DNA of 60,940 nt, counting the filler. It is 3 parts of 3 records of this genome, joined end to end, with 100 filler letters (N's around TTAATTAATTAA, not from the genome) between each part and the next. Parts side by side here need not be neighbours in the genome. Positions count along the whole stretch, not along the records: positions 1 to 27,804 come from DRR378314_2089; positions 27,905 to 54,949 come from DRR378314_2092; 1 more part is not named here. The stretch is one strand, 5' to 3'. The position numbers and the translations under genes were made by a program. This document shows positions 20,628 through 30,199 of the stretch, one piece after another (positions within the stretch are counted from its first letter, which is position 1; each line of letters begins with the position of its first letter). Below the pieces are notes generated by a model. The model worked only from the letters and a program-made list of their open reading frames with translations. It searched no databases and had not been told where the DNA came from.

Positions 20628-21080
20628 ATGAAGATAGATGACTTGAATTGGCAAATCCTAAATCATTTACAAAAGAATGCGAGGGAATCTTTTGCCAATA
20701 TTGGAAGGAAAATAGGGCTCACACCACCTGCAGTTGCGGAGCGTGTGAAAAAGATGGAAGACCTTGGTATTATTGAGCGTTACAGTGCTTCTATCTCTTA
20801 TGTTGAGGCCGGATATCAGTTGAAAGCCATAATTATGTTGCGCGCTTTTATGGGTAAGCTCAAGCCTTTTTTGGACAAGGTCAAGACTTTTCAAGAAGTG
20901 GTGAATTGCTATCGGATTACCGGTAACGAAAATATCATCATGGAAGTGGTGCTTCGAGATCAGTCCCATTTGGAAAAATTTATTGATGAACTTATCGTGT
21001 ACGGGGAATGCAGGACCCATATTGTGCTGTCCAATGTTGTGGCCAACTCACCTATCAAAAAAAGTAGGACAGGTAAATGA
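20628..21080 (+). CDS. Lrp/AsnC family transcriptional regulator
   Basis: IDDLNWQILNHLQKNAR...GLTPPAVAERVKKME HTH; CYRITG RAM domain. Confidence 0.93.
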   Translation: MKIDDLNWQILNHLQKNARESFANIGRKIGLTPPAVAERVKKMEDLGIIERYSASISYVEAGYQLKAIIMLRAFMGKLKPFLDKVKTFQEVVNCYRITGNENIIMEVVLRDQSHLEKFIDELIVYGECRTHIVLSNVVANSPIKKSRTGK

Positions 21081-21142
21081 TTTTATCGTTAAATTGATAC
21101 TTTATATACAGACTTTGGCTAGATTTTTGCGAAATTAGAATT

Positions 21143-22579
21143 ATGAAAAAGATATACTTACTGACCTTTCTGACCTTTCTGACCTTTTTTTGTGCAATTT
21201 CCGTCTTCTCACAACAATTGGTTTTAAAAAAAGGGGAGATCATTGAAAATCTTCCAATCAATGATTCTATTGAAAACACGTATTCCATCTATGTTCCCAA
21301 AGCATTCTCAATGGATAAAAAATGGCCGCTACTCGTTGTGACCGATACGGAAGGGAACGAAAAAAAGGCGCTTTCCATGTTTACCATAGCTGCTGAGGAA
21401 GAAGGGTATGTTTTGGCCGCACCCAAGCTTATCGATAGTATTTCTTTAACCAAAAACATGGTCATAACTGGTCAGGCAATTCAAAAAGTGACTAGTTTGT
21501 TGCCTATTCATGTAGATAGAATTTATGCTGCCGGCGAAGATGCAGGAGGCCAGTTTGCAAGCTTGGTACCCGTGTTGATCAATGGAGTCAGGGGTACCAT
21601 GTCAATTGGTGCTTCTTTGGCCAACAGTGAATTGATCAACGTTAAAAAACCATTCCATTTTGTAGGTGTTGTAAATAAGGAGAACTTTAATTACCCTTTT
21701 ATGCTCACGGATACCAAACTTTTAGATCGCTATAAGTTTCCAAATCAGGTGTTGTTGTACGATGGAAATGGTGAATGGCCAGGTGTTTCCTATTTGGCAA
21801 AGGCAATGCAGCTTTTTACCTTGGATGCCATGGGTCGAAAATGGATTCCACAAGATTCATCCTATATTGAAAAAGCGTATCAAGAGGATTTGGAAAAGAT
21901 AAATCAGTTGAAAGGTATTGGTGATTTATTATGGGTGGAACAGCACATGACCGAAATGATGTCGATATATGGAATATTTAAAAATATGGACTCCTTGAGA
22001 ACGGTACAGCGAGATCTTCGTAGGGATAGGGATTATAAAACAATGAAAAGAGCGGAGAATGCGGCCTTTTTAAAAGAATCTATGCTGAAGGAAGATTATC
22101 AATATTATATGGAGGAGGATGTATACACCTATAACTTTAACAATTTGGGTTGGTGGAACCATCAAATGGGGGAGATAGATAAATTTATCTCGGGTTCAAA
22201 ACCTTATGAAAGGCAGATGGGGCATCGGTTAAAAGGATTTGTAAATGCTTTGGCGGAGGACAACATCAATATTATAGCATCAGAAGAGGTGGTTGATGAG
22301 GATGCATTGGCATTTTTGTATATGCTGAAAACCATTTTGGAGCCCGATAATTTTGAGTATTATTTCAAAACCATATCGCTTAGCGCAAAAAATGATGATT
22401 TCGGCACTTCATTGTTCTATATGGAGGAACTTTTGAAAAAGGGGTTCAAGGATAGGGAAAAACTTTACAGTCTGGAGGATACGGCACTATTGCGCATCAC
22501 CCCCGAATTTAACGAGCTTGTTTCAAAATATTTGGAAGATGCCCGTTACGATATCAAAGTGGATGAAAACCGTCCTTAA
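21143..22579 (+). CDS. Secreted alpha/beta-hydrolase-fold protein with helical (TPR-like) C-terminus
   Basis: YSIYVP..KWPLLVV, DRIYAAGEDAGG nucleophile-elbow region; signal peptide. Confidence 0.75.
   Translation: MKKIYLLTFLTFLTFFCAISVFSQQLVLKKGEIIENLPINDSIENTYSIYVPKAFSMDKKWPLLVVTDTEGNEKKALSMFTIAAEEEGYVLAAPKLIDSISLTKNMVITGQAIQKVTSLLPIHVDRIYAAGEDAGGQFASLVPVLINGVRGTMSIGASLANSELINVKKPFHFVGVVNKENFNYPFMLTDTKLLDRYKFPNQVLLYDGNGEWPGVSYLAKAMQLFTLDAMGRKWIPQDSSYIEKAYQEDLEKINQLKGIGDLLWVEQHMTEMMSIYGIFKNMDSLRTVQRDLRRDRDYKTMKRAENAAFLKESMLKEDYQYYMEEDVYTYNFNNLGWWNHQMGEIDKFISGSKPYERQMGHRLKGFVNALAEDNINIIASEEVVDEDALAFLYMLKTILEPDNFEYYFKTISLSAKNDDFGTSLFYMEELLKKGFKDREKLYSLEDTALLRITPEFNELVSKYLEDARYDIKVDENRP
21161..21187 (+). 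repeat. In-frame 9-bp tandem repeat (CTGACCTTT)x3
   Basis: Three perfect copies encoding LTF-LTF-LTF in the signal peptide. Confidence 0.85.
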
Positions 22580-22636
22580 TCTCATAATTCACTTGTAACG
22601 GGTATAAGCTGTATTTTTGCATAAATATCCTTCGCA

Positions 22637-23275
22637 ATGAAATATGCAATCCTATTTTTGGTAGTTTTTTTGATGGCCTGCGGACAGGGTAAAAAATACC
22701 ACGACGAAGAAAAGAAAGCTGGGACTGAATCCGACTTGGTAGCAGATATTTTAGAGTACCAAGAGGAACAAAATGAAAGCTTTAAAGCCCCCGACTCATC
22801 TCCCTTACCTGATAAATATCGCAAGGATTTTGAAGGACTCGATTTTTTTGCACCAGACACTTCCTACATTGTAAAAGCACGTTTAGAACGTACACCGGAT
22901 GCGGAACCATTTTTAATGCCCACCACAACAGATCTACAAACACAAGAAGTGGTTTATGGCATCGCTCATTTTACGTTGAATGGAGCCGAGCACCAATTGG
23001 AGGTTTACCAAAGTTTGGATTTAATGGATGATGAAGGATATGAGGATTATCTGTTTTTGCCTTTTCTGGACAATACCAATGGTGAAGAAACTTATGGAGG
23101 TGGAAGGTACATTGATCTGACCATTCCCGAAGGCGATACTTTGGTGATTGATTTTAACAAGGCATACAATCCTTACTGTGTTTATAACAAAAAGTACTCC
23201 TGCCCTCTAGTGCCAAGGCAAAATTATTTGAGAACTAAAGTGAGAGCAGGAGTGAAAAATTTTAACAAGGATTAA
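22637..23275 (+). CDS. DUF1684 family lipoprotein
   Basis: LMAC lipobox; LFLPFLD.TNG.ETYGGGRYID, DFNKAYNPYCVYN..YSCP. Confidence 0.92.
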   Translation: MKYAILFLVVFLMACGQGKKYHDEEKKAGTESDLVADILEYQEEQNESFKAPDSSPLPDKYRKDFEGLDFFAPDTSYIVKARLERTPDAEPFLMPTTTDLQTQEVVYGIAHFTLNGAEHQLEVYQSLDLMDDEGYEDYLFLPFLDNTNGEETYGGGRYIDLTIPEGDTLVIDFNKAYNPYCVYNKKYSCPLVPRQNYLRTKVRAGVKNFNKD

Positions 23276-23310
23276 AAAAAGCCTTAATCCTATTGGAATA
23301 AGGCTTTTTT
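23274..23310. terminator. Bidirectional intrinsic terminator
   Basis: AAAAAAAGCCTTA...TAAGGCTTTTTT between convergent genes. Confidence 0.8.
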
Positions 23311-23329
23311 AGATCATATATACCCTTTT

Positions 23330-24367
23330 TTAGAAGGAGTAGATTGCAGCAATCAAGAAGGAAGATTGATTGCTGGTAAAGGCTCCATCGCCGTCGTTAT
23401 AAGGTTCTATATCATTCCCCCAGCTATCCAAACGAATCTCAGGTTTGATGATAAGGTTATCCTTGGTAAAGCTGCCGGTCAAGGTAAGTCCAAGAACAGG
23501 AGAATCGTCATCAACAGTATCGTCGGTAAACGTCATATATTCTCCACGAAGCCCAACGGCAAAACTATCAGACATCGTGTACTGTGGGTAAATGGCCGCG
23601 CCATAGAAGCCAGTTCCTGTCTCCGAGTTGTCGTTGTAAGCCGCATTGATTCCAAAGAAAAAATCCTCAGTAAGATCAAATCCACCGGTATAATCGATTT
23701 CAAAACCAAGACCACCGCTTTTTCCGCTATCGTAGTATAGGTTCAAGAATTGACCGTAAAAGCCCAACTGACCACCTAAAGAGTACTCGCCAGTATCACT
23801 GATGTCGTTGGTATCCCAAGGGTTCATAACAGCAAGCATTAAACTTACGTCATCGGATAACGTAAAATCAGCTTTTAAACCCAAGTGGGAAAACGGTCCG
23901 TTCGAAAACAAATATGAAACACTATAGTTGAAGTTTGCTTGCGGAGCGATTACTTCATACCCCAAAAAGGTGTTGAAACGCCCCATGGTCAATGTAGTGC
24001 TTTCGGAAACATTCCAATATACGTAGGCTTGGTTGATGATACCGTTAAGTACGTCGTTGTTAAAAGTAGCTTCGGTACCTCTTGGTCCAAAAACCAAATC
24101 AACCACAACACCGGTATCTCCCATATCGTAGGTACCTATTAAATTGGCCATACCCAATGCAAAACCTGTTTGGTTTGCAAATGATGTAAAGGTTGCTGTG
24201 TCAGCTTCTCCTCCATCTTTTGTGGTTGTTCTGTAATAAGCATCAACAGATCCGCTAAGACCAAACTTTGATTCTTCCTCCTCCTGTGCGGTGACAGAGA
24301 AAGTTACCATTGAAATGATGGCGATAGCCAAAAATTTTACGAAATTTGTATTTATAATCGTTTTCAT
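23330..24367 (-). CDS. Outer-membrane beta-barrel porin (BBP2/OmpL-like)
   Basis: Start MKTIINT (ATG 24367), signal peptide, SGSVDAYY, GRFNTFLGYE, C-terminal AAIYSF. The ORF-track extension into amt is spurious. Confidence 0.85.
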   Translation of the reverse strand: MKTIINTNFVKFLAIAIISMVTFSVTAQEEEESKFGLSGSVDAYYRTTTKDGGEADTATFTSFANQTGFALGMANLIGTYDMGDTGVVVDLVFGPRGTEATFNNDVLNGIINQAYVYWNVSESTTLTMGRFNTFLGYEVIAPQANFNYSVSYLFSNGPFSHLGLKADFTLSDDVSLMLAVMNPWDTNDISDTGEYSLGGQLGFYGQFLNLYYDSGKSGGLGFEIDYTGGFDLTEDFFFGINAAYNDNSETGTGFYGAAIYPQYTMSDSFAVGLRGEYMTFTDDTVDDDSPVLGLTLTGSFTKDNLIIKPEIRLDSWGNDIEPYNDGDGAFTSNQSSFLIAAIYSF

Positions 24368-24522
24368 ATCATAATCGTTTAAAGTTGTCCTTTTAGCGCT
24401 TTTGCGAAGGACAGTTAGTTGTAATAAATGTGAGTTTGATTGAAAAAGGTTATTATACGGAGCGTTTGGCAGAACGCTCCGTTCCTTTTTTACAATCTTG
24501 TTGTGAGTTTGAAAGACTTGTT

Positions 24523-25803
24523 TTATTTGTCTTGAGAAATGTGTTCTGGATAAGATTCCACACCATGTTCGTGGATATCCAAACCTTCGACTTCCTCTTT
24601 TTCGGATACTCTCAATCCAATAGTTTTCTTCAATATGAAAAGTACTATAAAGGATGCAACGGCTGCCCAAACTATGTAAGCCAATGATCCGTAGGTCTGT
24701 ACCCAAAGTAGTTTTCCGCTACCACCGTAAAACAATCCGCCATCTAGTGCAAATAGACCGATAAGCACGGTTCCTAGGAAACCACAAACTCCGTGAACAG
24801 AAATGGCACCTACTGGGTCGTCAATCTTAAGTTTTTTATCGATAAATTCTATGGATATTACCACAACGATACCACATAGCAAACCAATGGCAAGAGCTCC
24901 CCAAGCGTTTACGGAACCACACCCGGCAGTAATACCTACCAAACCGGCCAAAGCACCGTTCAATGTCATGGAAATATCTGCTTTACCATATCTGGCCCAA
25001 GTAAAAAACAGGGCTCCAATGGCACCAATGGCTGCGGCTAGGTTGGTGTTTATGATAACACTTGTGGCACCGATAGTATCGTCGCCTCCCCACGCCAATT
25101 GGGAACCACCGTTAAACCCGAACCATCCTAACCAAAGGATAAATACACCCAAGGCACCAAAGGCCATATTGTGACCTGGTATTGCCTGCGCTTTACCGTC
25201 TACGTACTTTCCAATTCTTGGGCCTACCAAAATGGCAGCTACCAATGCAGCGGCACCACCAACGGCATGTACAACGGAAGAACCGGCAAAATCGACAAAT
25301 CCTGCGGTATTTAACCATGCATCGTCATCAAATGGCCAATACCAACTACCTGAAATTGGGTAGATTAATGTGGTAAGGACAGCAGAGAAAATCAAATAGG
25401 TTGAAAATTTGGTCCTTCCTGCAATGGCTCCCGACACAATAGTAGCTGCTGTGGCACAGAATACTGTTTGGAAAAACAGGTTGTGCCAATCATCAGCGCT
25501 AAAAAAGAAATATCCTTGATCGGATGGGCTGGACCTGAAAAATCCTCCACCTACTAAGTCGCTTCCGTACATAATGGCATACCCAACTGCCCAGAACAAA
25601 ACCGAACCAGCGGCCAAGTCCATTACGTTTTTCATAATAATATTACCAGTGTTCTTGCTACGGGTAAAACCTATTTCCAGCAATGTGAACCCTGCCTGCA
25701 TAAAAAATACCAGAATGGCCGCAAGGGTAATCCACAATGCACCCATGTCGCCAGTTATGGCTTCCACGGCTTTATCTATCGCTTCTTGTTCTTGAATAAT
25801 CAT
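24523..25803 (-). CDS. amtB: Ammonium transporter
   Basis: FFMQAGF, FQTVFCATAATIVSGA, DFAGSSVVH, WFGFNGGS, DDPVGAISVHG. Confidence 0.96.
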   Translation of the reverse strand: MIIQEQEAIDKAVEAITGDMGALWITLAAILVFFMQAGFTLLEIGFTRSKNTGNIIMKNVMDLAAGSVLFWAVGYAIMYGSDLVGGGFFRSSPSDQGYFFFSADDWHNLFFQTVFCATAATIVSGAIAGRTKFSTYLIFSAVLTTLIYPISGSWYWPFDDDAWLNTAGFVDFAGSSVVHAVGGAAALVAAILVGPRIGKYVDGKAQAIPGHNMAFGALGVFILWLGWFGFNGGSQLAWGGDDTIGATSVIINTNLAAAIGAIGALFFTWARYGKADISMTLNGALAGLVGITAGCGSVNAWGALAIGLLCGIVVVISIEFIDKKLKIDDPVGAISVHGVCGFLGTVLIGLFALDGGLFYGGSGKLLWVQTYGSLAYIVWAAVASFIVLFILKKTIGLRVSEKEEVEGLDIHEHGVESYPEHISQDK

Positions 25804-25837
25804 AATCTAAAGTTTTTAAGTTTTTTGGCTATTAATG

Positions 25838-26176
25838 TTAGTTGATTCCGGCGCTTCCGCTTTCCTTGGTTCTGATTCTGTACGCTTCCATAACATCGGA
25901 GACGAAAATTTTCCCATCACCAACGTTACCGGTACTTGCAGTGTCCAAAAGAACGTTTACGGTTTTTTCCAGGAAGTCATCGCTAACCACGATTACCAAA
26001 TACCTTCGCTGTATATCGCTAGTGCTGTACGATATGCCACGATAGACATGCCCTTGTTTCTCATTTCCAACTCCGGTTACATCCCAGTAACTAAAAAAGT
26101 TGACCTCAATTTGATGCAGGGCTTTTTTTACCTCATCAAATTTGGATTTTCTAATAATTGCCTCGACTTTTTTCAT
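25838..26176 (-). CDS. glnK: P-II nitrogen regulatory protein (amt-linked)
   Basis: MKKVEAIIR, T-loop VYRGISY, GNVGDGKIFV, RIRTKE. Confidence 0.93.
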   Translation of the reverse strand: MKKVEAIIRKSKFDEVKKALHQIEVNFFSYWDVTGVGNEKQGHVYRGISYSTSDIQRRYLVIVVSDDFLEKTVNVLLDTASTGNVGDGKIFVSDVMEAYRIRTKESGSAGIN

Positions 26177-26199
26177 AATTAAGTAGTTAATTGATGGTT

Positions 26200-26207
26200 C
26201 AAATATA
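26200..26207 (-). promoter_or_regulatory. Bacteroidota -7 promoter element for the P-II/amt operon
   Basis: TATATTTG on the minus strand, 24 nt upstream of the ATG. Confidence 0.65.
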
Positions 26208-26223
26208 TAGGATAAAAAGGGAT

Positions 26224-26294
26224 ACCATTAAAATGAAAGGGGTGTGTGGCTATTTTTACGGGTATAAGAAAAACACCCCCTAAATATTAGGGGT
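26224..26294. promoter_or_regulatory. Candidate nitrogen-regulator boxes ACCAT-N10-GGGGT and ACCCC-N10-GGGGT
   Basis: Distal box ACCCCCTAAATATTAGGGGT has inverted-repeat ends; layout mirrors the glnII promoter. Confidence 0.6.
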
Positions 26295-26386
26295 ATTTAA
26301 TTTAGAATTAATGTTTGTTGTGTATTTGGTGATTTTAATTTAACATTCAGGCCTTGAAGGTTAATTTTTCGCAAGATTACGCGCTT

Positions 26387-26411
26387 AAAAACCGATAAAT
26401 GTTCGGTTTTT
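26387..26411. terminator. Intrinsic terminator downstream of crcB
   Basis: AAAAACCGA-TAAATGT-TCGGTTTTT. Confidence 0.7.
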
Positions 26412-26447
26412 AACAAATTTTAACTAAAAAAATGAAATTTATAACTA

Positions 26448-26819
26448 CTAAATATGTTTAGCGATCCATAATCCCAAAACAACGGCCAAAACACCGATGC
26501 CTATGCTGGAAATTAGATAAATGGCCAAATTAAGAAAGTCGCCGTTCTTTAGTAAGGAATGCTTTTCAAAAGCAAATGCAGAAAAAGTGGTGAAGCCACC
26601 GCAAAATCCGGTAGCAAGAAATAACGTATTATTGGAGGAGATAACATTGCCTCTTGCGGTCAGTCCCAAAAAAAGACCCATCAGTAGGCAACCTATAACA
26701 TTGACGAGAAACGTCCCTAAAAAGAAATTGTGAAAAAGTGGGTTGAGTGGTTTGGAAATCCAATAGCGTATAACGCTTCCAAATCCCCCGCCCAAAAAAA
26801 CAAGAAAGGCCTGTTTCAT
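26448..26819 (-). CDS. crcB: Fluoride channel Fluc
   Basis: GGGFGSVIRY, GTFLVNVIG, GFCGGFTTFSAF. Confidence 0.95.
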   Translation of the reverse strand: MKQAFLVFLGGGFGSVIRYWISKPLNPLFHNFFLGTFLVNVIGCLLMGLFLGLTARGNVISSNNTLFLATGFCGGFTTFSAFAFEKHSLLKNGDFLNLAIYLISSIGIGVLAVVLGLWIAKHI

Positions 26820-26835
26820 GCCTTAAAGATACAAA

Positions 26836-27015
26836 CTAAACCGCTTCTTTGTACTCGGTCTCTATAGCCTCACGGGGAAAAAATTTAGTGGTTGAGGTTT
26901 CTGAAATCCGTTGTATCGGTTTTGTGAATCTTTCCTTGGCTCCATTGACGCTGAAAATCAACAAAACGGCATTTACAGCAAGCAGAACAAAAAGAATACT
27001 AAAAAATACAGTCAT
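26836..27015 (-). CDS. Small single-TM protein (59 aa), absent from ORF track
   Basis: MTVFFSILFVLLAVNAVLLIFSVNGAKERFTKPIQRISETSTTKFFPREAIETEYKEAV*; co-oriented with neighbours. Confidence 0.65.
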   Translation of the reverse strand: MTVFFSILFVLLAVNAVLLIFSVNGAKERFTKPIQRISETSTTKFFPREAIETEYKEAV

Positions 27016-27132
27016 TCAGGTTAGGTGCTAAATTAATGTTAAACAAAAGTACGGTTTTTCCTATAAGAACGAAATCTGGACCGTGCTATTGTTGTGAAAA
27101 GAAAGATTTTTGTGGTTACTGTAATTTCGAAG

Positions 27133-27321
27133 TTAATTTTTAAGGAAGTATTTAATAATAAACAGGATAATTATAAAAGTTATGAAGGAAACCAGAATCC
27201 AAATAACACCTTTATAATTTTTTTGGTGCAGTTTTTTGTCTTTCTTATAGGTTAAAATGACAATGGTTACGAAGGCGACAAAGAATAGGGCTGCAAAAAT
27301 CAACTGTCCGGTACTGAACAT
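27133..27321 (-). CDS. Small two-TM hypothetical protein
   Basis: MFSTGQLIFA...YKKDKKLHQKNYKG between two hydrophobic segments. Confidence 0.75.
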   Translation of the reverse strand: MFSTGQLIFAALFFVAFVTIVILTYKKDKKLHQKNYKGVIWILVSFITFIIILFIIKYFLKN

Positions 27322-27360
27322 ATTTTATATTTTTATGCAAAGCTAAATCAAATAAGTGTA

Positions 27361-27747
27361 ATGGAAAGTAAAATTAAAGCTGTGGAGCTCTTCCACAATT
27401 CTTTTGGCCTCGGAGTTGAACAAAAGCCAAAGGCTGATTTGGGGAAGGAAAAGAACAAACTTCGTTTTAATTTGATGGACGAGGAGAACCGTGAATATTT
27501 GGAGGCCGCCAACAATAACGATTTGGTCGAAGTGGCCGATGCACTGGGCGATATGCTCTACATTTTATGCGGTACCATCTTGGAGCATGGAATGCAATAC
27601 AAAATAGAAGAAGTCTTTGAAGAGATTCAGCGGAGCAATATGAGCAAATTGGGAGCGAATGGCAAACCCATTTACCGAGAGGATGGAAAGGTACTAAAAG
27701 GCCCAAATTATTTTAAACCGAATATACAGACCATTATAGATAAATAA
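27361..27747 (+). CDS. MazG-like nucleoside triphosphate pyrophosphohydrolase
   Basis: LMDEENREY, EVADALGD, EIQRSNMSKL, REDGKVLKG. Confidence 0.88.
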   Translation: MESKIKAVELFHNSFGLGVEQKPKADLGKEKNKLRFNLMDEENREYLEAANNNDLVEVADALGDMLYILCGTILEHGMQYKIEEVFEEIQRSNMSKLGANGKPIYREDGKVLKGPNYFKPNIQTIIDK

Positions 27748-27774
27748 AAAACTGTCTAGAAAGTGTTAAAACAA

Positions 27775-27801
27775 GTCATTCTGAATTTATTTCAGAATCT
27801 C
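27775..27801. repeat. REP-like palindrome at contig end
   Basis: GTC-ATTCTGAA-TTTAT-TTCAGAAT-CT hairpin 3 nt from the contig break. Confidence 0.55.
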
Positions 27802-27804
27802 ATC

Positions 27805-27903
27805 NNNNNNNNNNNNNNNNNNNNNNNNNNNNNNNNNNNNNNNNNNNNTTAATTAATTAANNNNNNNNNNNNNNNNNNNNNNNNNNNNNNNNNNNNNNNN
27901 NNN
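27805..27903. other. Artificial contig linker
   Basis: N-run with TTAATTAATTAA (27849-27860), giving stops in all six frames. Confidence 0.98.
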
Positions 27904-27927
27904 NGTTGTTGTTGTTGTTGTTGTTGT
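27904..27927. repeat. (GTT)n microsatellite at eukaryotic contig start
   Basis: About 8 tandem GTT units. Confidence 0.9.
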
Positions 27928-28045
27928 TTTTCGCGCGGAAGCAGTCTGATGGATGGAAGTGCTTGCTTTTCGCGACTTTTTCCTTCCTTCCTCTCACCCT
28001 ACGACCAAACAAATGCGTGGCGCTATGCATTGTATTGCTTTCCAG

Positions 28046-30065
28046 CTTGCGAGGCCGACAGGTGTACGATGGTGCGAAGCGCGATCCGTTGCACGCGCAT
28101 GCGGGCGCATCATGCTTGTGGGAACTAAACGCGCTCGCGGCTCACAGCCATCCTTCGGCTGCCAAGGTACGAAACATTGCATTGCGCGCTTCACGGGAGC
28201 GCTGCAGCCTCTACCACTGCATCGGTAGTACTGGGCAAGGATCACGATGTCGCAATAGCTGGCGCTGTACTGGATAAACGCGACGTTTCCTGCTGTCGTA
28301 AGAAGTGCGGCACATTCACCGAATATGCGAGCTGAAAGCGCAGCCTTCACCAACGATCTCCCCTTTTCACTTTCCGCTACGGCCATGCATGGCAGTGGGC
28401 AACAACTTTGCTTCAAGGGGGTCAAGTTTCATATCTCGGAGATCCCCTCGCCGACTTTACGAACGCTGCGTTCCTCGAGCGATTTGTTGTCAAGGTACGT
28501 TTTATGTTGCTCCTGAATAGAGATCCAACATGCACGATACGAGTCTCTGTGCATGCGATAGAGCCCTTTGTTTGCCGACTGCAAATTTTCGTTTATAACA
28601 ACGCAGGATCAGTTTCAAGTTCCATGTAAATGTTTGGATGTGTTGGTGTGTTCAAAGATGCTGTATTTGGTGCTGCATTTGCTGTACGATGTGTATGGCT
28701 GGTTGCTAACGATGGCCGTCATGGAACGCGCTTCGCTTCGCAATACACAGAATCCGAAGAAGGATCGCGGCAGTCGTGTCATGTCAGTGCTCGAGCGCTC
28801 GTCGATCCCGCGAGCTCTTGCGCTCCCGGGTGACTTGAGTACCATGTCGGTACGTAAGACCAGCGATTGCGCAGACGAGGCTGTAGCGATGCGGTGGTAA
28901 AGAGTAATCTGAAGTCGTTGCTCGCGCTGGGGTTTCTGGTCATTTTTTGGAGTGTTTTGCGCTGGTCTCCGCCGCGTGGAGCGATCGCTGAAAGTGTGCT
29001 GAGCCACTCTGAACGGCTGTATCCACGCAACAGGTGGTGCGCAATCTGTTTAGGCACCTGGTGGTTCTCTTCCTATCCACCACAGTGCTGATCGACTGAC
29101 ATCGGTGATTCCATGTTGTTGGTGTGTTGTGTGTGAGCAGAGAGACCCTGAGCCAGATGAAGAGTTCTTTGTGCGCTTCTTTGCCGAGAAGAGGAAGAGC
29201 GCCGCGACTTCGACGAAGTCTTCTGCAGAACCCTCGGGAAGCCAGGCTCTCACGGGACACGGTTCCGCTAGCGCCGCAGAGGAAAGCGACGACGACGACG
29301 CTGTGATCGCAGACTCTGACGATGATCTGGGCGGCGAACCCATCGGTACGTGCTGCGTGGGTACGCGTGCGCGTACCTTGCCGTTGAGATCATTCTTCCA
29401 TATCCCACGTGAGCACGTCTGCCGGCACAAGCACCAGCGAAGAGACCTGCGAGCGGAGCTCTTAGGCGCTTTGTCTCTGTAGAGTACATTAGACTCGTCG
29501 CGATGAAGTTGAGGTGTAGTGCATTGACTTCACATTGTGTCACCGAACATTTTTGGACGTGTTATTTTTTCTCTCGAATCGCTGGGGGCGGTGTATGGCT
29601 GTCTTGCTGCATGTGTAGATATATCTGAGGATGATGAACTTCTTGGCGGCGGCGGCGGCAGTGATGATGATGTCGATGGCCTCATCAGTGATGAAGATGA
29701 TGGTGACGTCGTAGGAGAGATGGGCGGAACTAGCGTCTTTGCGGACGCTGACGATTTCGCGCGCTTATTGGAGGAGCGTGCCGCCGAAGAAAGCAAGCGC
29801 TCCAAGGAAGATTCGTGGGTAAGTAGCTGGCGATGTTCTCCGCTTCTTCTGCGTGGTGATCCTTTGCATGCCTCTCGTGGCACTTGCAATGCATTACAAT
29901 GTATTTTGCTCCCTTTGCTGTGAATAGAAAGGGAAATCGCTCACGGTGAATGCGATGCTACCATGCTTCTCGTAGGACAAAACGCGGGGCGCAGATCGAG
30001 GCGGTCGCGGCAGGCGTGGCCACCGCGGTGGGCGTGGCCGCAGAGGAGGCCGAGGACGGAAATAG
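28046..30065 (+). CDS. MAK21: Ribosome biogenesis factor MAK21/NOC1/CEBPZ, spliced 3' part
   Basis: GT-AG, phase-consistent exons 28046(or 28062)-28166, 28396-28494, 28751-28849, 29141-29345, 29619-29818, 29976-30065. They encode YDGAKRDPLHA..LWEL..HSHPS, GDPLADFT..FLERFVVKNPKK, DEEFFVRFF, an acidic tract, SVFADADDFARLL and an RGG tail. Confidence 0.92.
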
Positions 30066-30199
30066 GCTGCAAGATGTCGATTTATGTAGTAGTCTTTTTT
30101 CGTGCCCCAGTACGGCAGAGATTACTGAATTGCTGAATAAATACGCTCCGGTGCATCCCAATCTTCTGTAACAAGTATTGCACACGACGTCATCGTCTC

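Noticed and set aside
23321..23340. Third N-box-like sequence ACCCT-N9-GGAGT
   Set aside because: Wrong spacing, overlaps the porin stop codon, and no promoter follows.
24368..24706. N-terminal extension of the porin ORF overlapping amt
   Set aside because: The signal peptide starts at ATG 24367; the extension is an incidental open frame.
27849..27860. TTAATTAATTAA as a target-site duplication or att site (repeated at 54994-55005)
   Set aside because: It is embedded in N-runs and is a standard six-frame stop spacer.
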